DNA of 18,590 nucleotides from Zygophlyctis sp. KS116 (lineage: Eukaryota > Fungi > Chytridiomycota): positions 1 through 18,590 of the forward strand of contig BAAFSQ010000193.1 in NCBI GenBank assembly GCA_054661495.1, read 5' to 3'. Under the pieces are notes generated by a model. It saw only the letters and a program-made list of their open reading frames with translations, had not been told where the DNA came from and did no database searches. Position 1 is the stretch's first letter. Every line of letters starts with the position of its first letter. A program made the translations under genes and the position numbers. Positions 10,244 to 18,590 of the stretch are shown one piece after another.

Positions 10244-11974
10244 TATGCATTTTCTTCGGCTAATTCGATTTCTGATTCTACCATGTCCAGGAATAATATT
10301 ACCTCGCTAATTCTCGCTCTATTCCGTTTATATTCAGCTTCATGCATTTTTTGGATTGTTTCTTCAAGATCTTTGGATATTCCTGATACTAATGAATCAT
10401 CCTATCGATAAATATGATTAAATATTACTTGATGATCGAATTTTGCAAGTCGGAAATCATGAGATGCATTTACAGAGTTAACCAGAGAGTCTTTATCTGC
10501 TAATAACTAAGTACAATCAATTTCAAAAGCAAATTACTTCCTTAATGTCTTCATCCAATTCTTCTATTCCCCCTTTACTGAACCGCTCATATATTCCAAG
10601 AATCAGCTCAGAGTATTTTTCATGAAACTCATTTTCTAATTCACGAATGCGTGCAAATGATGACTGGCCACTTTCTGTAATAGTTGCGCAAATTTCAGTA
10701 TAGTTTCTCTCAAACTCTTTTAAAATCTCCTCGAATTGTTCAGTTAATGTCATTTCTGAGTCCATAAAAAAATCAGAGATTTCCTTCATTTTATCTCGAA
10801 TCTTGGTAAGAGCTTCATCGATTTCACCAGAATTTCTGGATACAGTAGCTATTTTAATTGCCTATTATAATTATTAAAATATTCATACTTCTTTTTTGTC
10901 ATGCAAGAATTCATTTAGCCTTTTCTTTCCTTCTTTATCTACTTCATACCGCACGTTTTTCATGCATGATTCAAGACTTGCAATCTCTTCTTTTTTATCA
11001 TGCGACCTTTTTAGAACAAAGTGCTTTAATTCATTAATTACAATTTCGAATTTTTCCCTATAAATATCCCTTAATTCACTAATTTGTGCCGGTCCGATCG
11101 GTAATAACTTTTTTGAGTCCAAATCTTCCAAAAACATTAAATCAAAAAGACTATCAATTCCAGAAACATGAGCATCTTCATAATTTGCATCTAGTAATTC
11201 CTTTTGTAAATTCTCTTCTTTTCTAGCATTTGATATTTTTTCTTCTTCTTCTTGAGCAATTACAATTTCCATATACTTTTCCTTGGCTGCTTCCATCTAA
11301 AATAAGAAAAATCGTCATTACTGATTCATCATCTACCAGTCTATAATCCAGATACTTTAGTCTTCTCAACCGTGATAACACATATTGCTTAAAGTTGGAA
11401 TTTTTGCAAACTGAATTTCCAGCAATATTTAAAACTCTTAAATTTTGAAAACGAACTAAATAATCAATCTAAACCATTAGAATTATAGTGATATTTACGC
11501 AATCCAGAGAATTAAAATTATTATTTCCAATAGATAAGACATTCAAGTTTACCAAATCATCTAAATTTTCCAAATTTGAGATTCTATTATTAAATAGAGA
11601 GATATCAGTTAATTTAGTTAGCGAAGACAGCCCCTCGATTGTAGATATGTTATTAAATGATAGATCTAACCAAGTAAGATTCTTTAAAAATGCAATATTT
11701 TCAATTCTTTCAATGATATTATTGTCTAATTGTAATTTAGTAAGATTTTCAAAAGCCCATAAATTATCAATCTTTAGGATATCTATTACTGTTAGATATC
11801 ATGATCCTTACTTTTGTAGTCCAAGCGAAGAGCCGCAACTTCGACCGGATCAATCCCCTCTTTCCTTGCGACCTCTGCAACATCAACTTGAACTTGTTCC
11901 TGTTCATTAACAGCCTTTTTCAATAGATCTTCATCAATAACTGTGGGCTCTACAGAATTATACAAGTTTGACAT
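10240..11974 (-). CDS. DRC3: Dynein regulatory complex subunit 3 (LRRC48)
   Basis: [64 protein letters not shown], then coiled coil and RNRARISE. Introns 11783-11811, 11469-11498, 11297-11321, 10862-10888, 10507-10537 and 10402-10428. Stop 10240-10242. Confidence 0.93.
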
Positions 11975-12267
11975 TCGGATGTTTTAGTTTGGTGACATCA
12001 TGTTTTAATTTTATATTTCTTTCCATGATTTATGATATCATTTTGATTCTATAAATGATCTGCTGTTAATTCAAGAAAATCTGGATTCTAAAATTTTACT
12101 GCTTTGCTTGCAACTTTTCGCTTTCCAAAAAAAATTTATCTGCTTTGCAAGATCAAATCTTTAAATTTTACATTGCTGATCTTATCCAAATCGTACTAGA
12201 TATATTAATATTAATGAAAAATTAAAAAGATTATAAATAGAGGAAACAAGTCAAAAAAATTAAAAAA

Positions 12268-13639
12268 ATGTCTCGAGATTCCTTTGGATCGTTTTCTTCT
12301 CCCATGAATCCTCTAGTCCCAAGTCCGCATAGAGACTCGTTTGGCAGCTTTCAGGAATACAAGGTTGAGTCAATTCAGGACTCTGATAAAGAACCAAGTC
12401 TAGGAATATTGGAGGAAGAATGTCCTTTTGAAAAGGTTGAAAAGACGACTCTTCAAAGCTCTCCCAAAGACTCTTTGAGTATTAAATCTTTGCAAACTAA
12501 CAGTCTTGCTGTTGAAATATCTTGTTTTACGGATGAAAACGTATTTTACCAACTCTGCGGATCAGATCCAGTTTTAGATGCACTCAAGAAATGCTTTACA
12601 TTTGAAGAAATGGTTGGAATGAATTCTAGGACTTTAATGACTGTCGATGAAGCGAGAAAGTCTGGAAAGGATGTTTTAGAAATTCTTACTAGTAATCAGT
12701 CATGGTTTGCCATTACTCAATATACGAGGTAAGATTGACAATAATCAAAAGTTTAGAACTGCTCTTGTATCAAATTCTCATGATCAAATTGACGAAATAA
12801 TGAAATTATGGAATCTAAGACTCCTTGCATTATATCAGTTGAATGAGTACGATGCTCTAGAATTTGAATTCAGTAAATTGGGTGATTTAAATAGAAGTTC
12901 ATTGTATTATGAACATTATAAAGATAGTTCAAGATCAGGACCAATTGTTTTATATGAAATTTCATTATTATATTGTCTTGTACCAATATTAAAGCAAAAC
13001 TATACTGAAACTATTGAAAGACTTTATGGACTCTTATATTCTCTAAAACACAAGGATAAAACTTGTCAAATTTTGATACATGTTGCGAATACTTTATTAA
13101 AAATGGAAGATTATTATTTAGGTCAAGAGGTTCTTGACTCTATTTCGAAAACTATGGATGAAGATGACCCAGAAAAATTACAACTTGATTCTATACGTGC
13201 AAGAATATATCTACAATTAGGAGATTTAGAGACTGCCTCTACACTTTTTGATAATATTTCTGAAAAATCAAAACCTGGAGAGAATTCACGTCTCTTGAAT
13301 GTGAATCAAGCTCTTTTAGCAATTTCTAAAGGTGATTGGGAAATTGCATCTAATCATTTTTCAAAAATATTAGAATCAAATCCTAAAGATTGGATAATCT
13401 GTAACAACAAGTCTATTATAGAATTATACAAGGGACAAGTATCTGAAGCTTTAAAAGGTCTGGACACACTCTTGATCAATAACCCAAAAGAAATGGCAAG
13501 AAGCCCAGAAGCAATTTTCAATTTATGCACGGTCTATGATCTCCTTGATCAGTCACTTGAAAGAAAAAAGAAGGCCCTTGAAAGTGTTATATCTCCATTT
13601 GCCGGTGATGATTTTCAAATTGGATCACTCAAATTATAA
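12268..13639 (+). CDS. TRAPPC12: TRAPP complex subunit 12 (TTC15), TPR protein
   Basis: A 28-nt intron at 12729-12756 joins the two ORFs. LWNLRLLALYQL...EFSKLGDLN, RIYLQLGD, NNKSIIELYKGQ and FNLCTVYDL match the TRAPPC12 pattern. Confidence 0.85.
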
Positions 13640-13646
13640 TTATTTA

Positions 13647-14165
13647 TTATTTTCCTAGAGACTTTGAAATGATTGATTTTCCAGCATTCATTGATGATTC
13701 TTTTGCTGAAGATGGTCTAGCTTTTGCTTCTGCTTCTTGTGCTCTTTTTCTTGCAGCATCTTCTCTTTGTTTCTTAATAATTGCTAATCTTGCAAGATCA
13801 GACTTTGCTTGGGCAGTTTTACCTTCCATTTGCAACTTGAAATATGCTTCCTTTTTCCTAGCGGCTTCTACTGCCTCTCGTTCTTTTCTATTCCCTGGTT
13901 GATTTGCATCTTCCTTTATACTCAACTCTGAGATTTTCAAATTTCTAGTAGGATTATCATTGGGATTGGCAGTTTCTATAGTCTTGACCTTGCGATCAGT
14001 TCCTGAATCTGTAATTTTCTTTTCAGTTATATTCTCTGCTTCCGAATCAGACGATCCCTTGTCTGGCTCTCCCCAAAAAGAACCATCATCATTAAAATCT
14101 CTTCTGTTTGCATTGGAGCCTCCTCTCTTATTCAATTTACTTCCTTTTCTGACTGGTTTGCTCAT
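13647..14165 (-). CDS. PDAP1: PDAP1 / HASPP28 (PP28 family)
   Basis: IETANPN, RKERE and YFKLQMEGKTAQAKSDLARLAIIKKQREDAA. Intronless. Confidence 0.9.
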   Translation of the reverse strand: MSKPVRKGSKLNKRGGSNANRRDFNDDGSFWGEPDKGSSDSEAENITEKKITDSGTDRKVKTIETANPNDNPTRNLKISELSIKEDANQPGNRKEREAVEAARKKEAYFKLQMEGKTAQAKSDLARLAIIKKQREDAARKRAQEAEAKARPSSAKESSMNAGKSIISKSLGK

Positions 14166-14212
14166 TCTTTACTAATTTGTCGCTGTTTCTATGTGTGGGT
14201 GAGGGGGAATCT

Positions 14213-15635
14213 ATGATTTTGACGATTTCTCTATTGATTGCAATTGTACAGATCTTGTCAGCCATGGAGTCGGATCGATCATTGAGCCAATCAAATCAAT
14301 CATCAATGCATCAGGAAACAGACTGTCAAAAAGTCATTAGTGCATGGAAGCATTTAGGAAAACAATTTGATCTTGACAATTGTTGCTTAATACCAGGAGT
14401 TGTATGTGATGAATCTAGAAATGTTGTTGCTATATCATGGATAGACAAAGGATTAAAAGGATCGCTACCGGTAAATCTTTTCAGATTGCCATTTCTTGTT
14501 TATCTGTAAGTAATTTAAATATTCTTAAAATTAGGGAAATTACATACAACTCTATGCTTCAAGGAGAGATTCCTTCTTTTGGATTTGGAGAAATTCAAGA
14601 TTTATCTCCATTACAAGTTTTGTAAGTTTGTAAACTTTAAATTATTAGAAATCTTTGTCATAATCGTTTATCTGGGTCAATACCATTAGAACTGTTTAGG
14701 ATGGATAGTTTACTTTGTCTGTAATCATAATCTTTAATATTTAGAGATTTATCAAGTAATCTACTCTCTGGATCTCTTCATGGAGATATTGGAAATTTGA
14801 AAAATCTAGAAAATCTGTAATTTTACAATTTTAAAAAGAATTTAGGAGACTTGCAGGGAATGATTTATCAGGAAAGGTTCCAAAAGAATTGGGAAAATTA
14901 AAGAATTTGGAATATTTGTAAATTTATAATCTAATTAGTAGAGTTTTATCATGTAATAGATTCCAAAATACTATACCAAATGAAATATTTCATGAAAATA
15001 TTATTGGAATGTATTTTTATTAGTTATAATACAAGATTTCTCAATGATAATAGATTACAAGGAAACGTTCCTTGGAATGTATTTGAAGCTAAAAATTTGG
15101 AAATATTGTACTTTATAGTATTAATGCATAGAGTGCTTGATAATAACAGTCTGGATGGAATTTTACCTCTTGGATTAGCAAAATGTCAAAACTTGAGAAT
15201 TCTGTATGTTTTATATATTTGATTTTCTAGTGGATTGTACAATAACAAGTTTTCAAACAAGATTCATCCAGAGTTTGAAAAGACGTTAAATACAGACATT
15301 AAAGAGTATCTATTAAATTCTAACTGTATAGTAATATTCGTAAAGCAATTTTACCAAACTTGAAAAGATGGCATCGGCAATTAAAAAACAAATTTACATC
15401 TGTTGAATACATTGATGGAGAAAACCAACCAAGATTGATTCCGACACCTCATCGTTATTTAGATTATACAAATCTAAAACAATATGCAAATGGACCTGCT
15501 GCACATAAATGGTATTCACCAATGAATCCAAATTTTGATCAAGAAAGACATGTAGTTGTACTTTATCCTATATGGAAGGAAGCAATCAGACAATTATTTT
15601 ATATACCAACCTGGGTTTCAAATCCACTTGCATAA
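14213..15635 (+). CDS. Secreted plant-type leucine-rich-repeat protein, 10 exons
   Basis: Signal peptide MILTISLLIAIVQILSA and LRR N-cap (DC...W...CC..PGVVC...VVAISW), then LxLxxNxLSGxIPxELGxLxxL repeats. Nine phase-2 introns: 14506-14534, 14622-14648, 14721-14744, 14817-14845, 14918-14941, 15011-15035, 15108-15131, 15204-15230, 15306-15331. Confidence 0.88.
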
Positions 15636-15646
15636 AGATTCTAGAA

Positions 15647-16102
15647 TTATAATTTTGATTTCTTTTTTATAAAACTAAAAACTTTATCTACACCTCCTGC
15701 TTTAACAACAATATCTTCCAAGGATTTTGCCAATTCCAAATCTCCATGAATATATACCTTTTTAGAAGCTAGCGCTTGTAATCCAGAGAGACCACCGGTA
15801 AGAAACTTTAATAAATCTCTGTCTTCAATTTCAATGACAACGATGCCCGTGTCTTGAGCAACTTTTGGTTTTTCCAGACTTAGAATCGGAGAAGAATTTC
15901 CAGAGAAATAAATATACCTCTTATTAAGACTATAGACTTACCATTCTTCCTTTTTTTCCTTTTGAACGTATACATCAATGACAAAAAGACCCTGTAACTT
16001 TCCAAAGGCCGACAATGGTAATTTTTTCAAGTCTGATTCAATATTAGGGAATAGAATAGATGTCTTTGTTGGTTTACTTGAAGATTTAACGAGACGATTC
16101 AT
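15647..16102 (-). CDS. SCP2 sterol/lipid-carrier domain protein with PTS1 (-SKL)
   Basis: ATG 16102, intron 15918-15941: MNRLVKSSSKPTKTSILFPNIESDLKK...GLFVIDV...EEW-YIYFSG...VVIEIEDRDLLKFLTGGLSGLQALASKKVYIHGDLELAKSLE...KKKSKL*. SCP2 signature and canonical PTS1. Not in the ORF track. Confidence 0.85.
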
Positions 16103-16137
16103 GGTTTGTTGGATTAAATCTAGGGTTTTACAGTCCC

Positions 16138-16173
16138 TAATGTCAGACTTAATGTCAGACTTAATGTCAGACT
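16138..16173. repeat. Perfect 12-bp tandem repeat (TAATGTCAGACT)x3
   Basis: Three exact copies at 16138-16149, 16150-16161 and 16162-16173, in the gap between the SCP2 start and the ankyrin-gene stop. Confidence 0.95.
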
Positions 16174-16231
16174 GCTATATTATATTGAGTAATTGTACTG
16201 AATAAAATCCTAATTTGTAAATTTGTAAAAA

Positions 16232-17188
16232 CTATGCAGATATTAGAGACAGATATTGAGAGTCTAGAGTCCTTGAAACACGAGGATCACTTACTAATAA
16301 TTTCACTACTTCATAATGATTATTCTTAAATGCTGATTTAATAGCCCCATTATTTCTATCAGATGGATTGACTCTTACATCCAACAATAATCTCTTTACA
16401 ACCTTTAAATTTCCAAATTTTGCTGCAAGTCCTATAGCTTCATTACAAAGATCAGAGGGATCTACCCTTGAATCCTTTAATAACACTTTTACAATTTCAT
16501 CTTGTCCATTTAAAGATGCAATACGAATTGCTATATTAAATCCAAAAGATGGATTAATTCTTGAATCTTTTAATAGTCTATTTAAAGCCAAAATACATCC
16601 ATTTTGAGCAGCTAAACAAATTGCAGTATTACCTTTATCAAATGGAGTAATTTTATCAGATTCCAACAATATATCAATAATATCAATCTTATCATTTATA
16701 ATAGCAGATTTTAAAGCTAAATTATTTCTATCTGATGGATCCACTGAATGAATACTTAGTAATTTAGAAACAATTTCCAATCTTCCTTGAGATGATGCCA
16801 TTTGAAATGCTAAATTTCTACACATTGTAGGATCAAAGTTGACATTTTCTAGAATAGAATTTACTATATAAAGAGATCCAAATCCACAAGCAAATATAAA
16901 GATTTCATTCAAATTAAAACTGCTTGTAAAGAATGAATTCAATGCCAAAGATTCAAAAGCAACAGTTTCAGATCCAATAATAGATTCTATTTCTGCAAAT
17001 GCATTTAGTATAAATCCATGATCCAAATCTTGCAAAGAGGATTTAGATTTCTGATAAAGTTCAAATCGGCATTCTCTATATACAGTGTTGGCATTGAAAT
17101 TCATTGCAGTACAAATGTTTCTTCCTTGACTAATGCTCAGGTATTTTAGTATGCTATAAACTAATTCAATGGGCAGTTTAGAAAACAT
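16232..17188 (-). CDS. F-box-like N-terminus plus ankyrin repeats (RVDPS type), intronless
   Basis: Likely ATG 17188: MFSKLPIELVYSILKYL (F-box LPxE pattern), then about 6-7 34-aa repeats of the form DPSxxxNxAIxxAxxNGxxxVVxxLLxDxRV. Confidence 0.8.
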   Translation of the reverse strand: MFSKLPIELVYSILKYLSISQGRNICTAMNFNANTVYRECRFELYQKSKSSLQDLDHGFILNAFAEIESIIGSETVAFESLALNSFFTSSFNLNEIFIFACGFGSLYIVNSILENVNFDPTMCRNLAFQMASSQGRLEIVSKLLSIHSVDPSDRNNLALKSAIINDKIDIIDILLESDKITPFDKGNTAICLAAQNGCILALNRLLKDSRINPSFGFNIAIRIASLNGQDEIVKVLLKDSRVDPSDLCNEAIGLAAKFGNLKVVKRLLLDVRVNPSDRNNGAIKSAFKNNHYEVVKLLVSDPRVSRTLDSQYLSLISA

Positions 17189-17210
17189 TTGCGTCGCTGA
17201 TAATTTTAGA

Positions 17211-17609
17211 ATGATCAAACGGTTGAATCCTATAGTCGTTTTAAATAAAAAACCCAATTTGAGGAGTTTGATGACTGGTTTTGTGACTGGACTGACGATC
17301 GCTGGAATTTGGGCTAATGTATACTTGCTGGATAATTATAATTTGTATCAAGAGTCGTTGACCGCCCATGCTAATCAATTGTCTAATTCTAAAAAGGATT
17401 ATGTAAATCTAAAGAGAGAGCTCTTACAGATGAAATCACTCTTGACTAAATTAGATGAAACTTGTACTGTGCAAGATTTATTAAATGAGAAAAAACAGTT
17501 ATTGGAATTAATTGTATTTTTTACAAAGATTAATCATTAGGATAGTGTGCAAAAGGATCATTTGGAATTAAAAGCACATGTTTGGGATTTAGAACACAAG
17601 AATATATAA
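17211..17609 (+). CDS. Small single-TM coiled-coil protein, possibly mitochondrial, function unknown
   Basis: Basic N-terminus, hydrophobic TGFVTGLTIAGIWANVYLL, heptad-rich tail. A 27-nt intron at 17514-17540 adds DSVQKDHLELKAHVWDLEHKNI*. Confidence 0.65.
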
Positions 17610-17690
17610 AACTTGTCATTATATTTTGATTTATTAAATTGTAAATTCGTCTGACCGTCGAAATCGTTGGTGAGGGTTTTACATTATAAA

Positions 17691-17933
17691 ATGGTTGCAC
17701 CGACAGAACATGTATTAACTGTTTCCTTGGAAGACGAAGACGAATTTGAGGATTTTCCTACAGACGCTTCGTTACAAAATGAAGAAATTGTAGAAGTTCA
17801 AAAGAAATGGCAAGATTCTTGGGAAGAAGACGATGACGCTCAGGATTTCTCGGTTCAACTAAAGTAATTTAATTTCTTTTAATTAAAAAGAGCACAAGAA
17901 AGTACAATGGGAGTAGCTCCTATGCGGATGTAA
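17691..17933 (+). CDS. SEM1: Sem1/DSS1 proteasome subunit
   Basis: LEDEDEFEDFP...WQDSWEEDDDAQDFSVQLK. Intron 17864-17890; stop 17931-17933. Confidence 0.92.
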
Positions 17934-17937
17934 ATAC

Positions 17938-18590
17938 TTAATCTTGGAATGACCTTTGCTTTAATAGAGCTAATCCTTTAATGCATTCGGCTTCCAAGTC
18001 AATTTGAGAGTCTTCAAGTGATAGAAATCCATGGTCCTGGTATTCCAAGGCATCTTCAAAAGGTGGAGTTCCCTTGTCCTCTTTTAAAACAAGATCAAAG
18101 GAAACAAGGTGCTCTTTGTCTATGTGAATATTGTCTAAAGAGTCTTTTGATTTTGCGTTGAGTGTATCAGTATTTGAGGTTTCTATTTGGATTCCTGATG
18201 CATTATCATTTTCTATATAATCTGATGTCTGATCTTTTTTAAAGGTTTCACTTATAGTTTCTTCTAATTTTAATTCATTATCAAGATCATCTTTATCAGC
18301 CAAATCTCGTGTCTGATCTTTTTCCAATGTTTCAGGATGAGATTCTTCTAGTCTTAATTCATGATCTTCTTTAGAGGCTTCAAGATGAGATGCTTCTAAT
18401 TTTAATTCATTTTCAAGATGATGAGATTCCTCTAATTTTAATTCATTATCAAGATCATCTTTATCAGCCAAATCTCGTGTCTGATCTTCTTTAGAGGTTT
18501 CAGGATGAGATTCTTCTAGTCTTAATTCATGATCTTCTTTAGAGGCTTCAAGATGAGATGCTTCTAATTTTAATTCATTTTCAAGATGAT
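17938..18590 (-). CDS. Acidic repeat-rich protein (5' partial)
   Basis: The frame stays open to the window edge, with repeats of (D/E)LxLEESH and DQTRDLADKDDLDNELKLEE and a unique C-terminus. Confidence 0.7.
   Translation of the reverse strand, partial: HLENELKLEASHLEASKEDHELRLEESHPETSKEDQTRDLADKDDLDNELKLEESHHLENELKLEASHLEASKEDHELRLEESHPETLEKDQTRDLADKDDLDNELKLEETISETFKKDQTSDYIENDNASGIQIETSNTDTLNAKSKDSLDNIHIDKEHLVSFDLVLKEDKGTPPFEDALEYQDHGFLSLEDSQIDLEAECIKGLALLKQRSFQD
18263..18590. repeat. 168-bp (56-aa) coding tandem repeat, about 2 copies visible, built from shorter ELKLEESH sub-repeats
   Basis: 18331-18422 recurs at 18499-18590, and about 18263-18319 recurs at about 18431-18487, both with offset 168. 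Confidence 0.9.

Noticed and set aside
11488-11910. 140-aa plus-strand ORF
   Set aside because: Antisense to the DRC3 LRR exons. The same applies to 1536-1724, 2593-2796, 2942-3220, 8065-8274, 9876-10058, 13669-13902, 13960-14175 and 16368-16607 against their host genes.
11975-12267. RFX X-box or small gene in the DRC3/TRAPPC12 spacer
   Set aside because: Only a GCAAC half-site, and no spliceable ORF that I could support.
2217-15635. Fragmented ORFs read as pseudogenes, programmed frameshifts or an alternative genetic code
   Set aside because: Every break coincides with a short GT..AG segment whose removal restores conserved motifs. The standard code fits, with TAA, TAG and TGA all used as terminal stops.
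16138-16173. Tandem repeat as a CRISPR array or telomere, and ORF 15978-16205 (LMSD x3)
   Set aside because: No spacers, eukaryotic context and internal location. The ORF is antisense to SCP2 exon 1 and merely translates the repeat.

Overview
AT-rich, very compact eukaryotic DNA, most likely from a zoosporic (flagellated) fungus such as a chytrid or a Rozella-like lineage. This is inferred from fungal-type RACK1, RIB4 and PRP19 occurring together with axonemal genes. By hand I can assemble 19 protein-coding genes, two of them cut by the window ends. They contain 41 GT-AG introns, of which 40 are only 23-32 nt long. The ORF track therefore shows fragments and misses two genes: a secreted I9 protease inhibitor and a peroxisomal SCP2 protein ending in SKL. 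Intergenic gaps are often 4-47 bp, and two convergent pairs overlap. Three genes are flagellar: a degenerate BLUF-fold TEX47/DYBLUP/MOT7 homolog, a C2CD6 (CatSper-tau/ALS2CR11)-like C2 protein and DRC3. Other notable genes are a secreted plant-type LRR protein with about one repeat per exon and an intronless F-box/ankyrin gene. All family calls are from motif recognition, not database searches.
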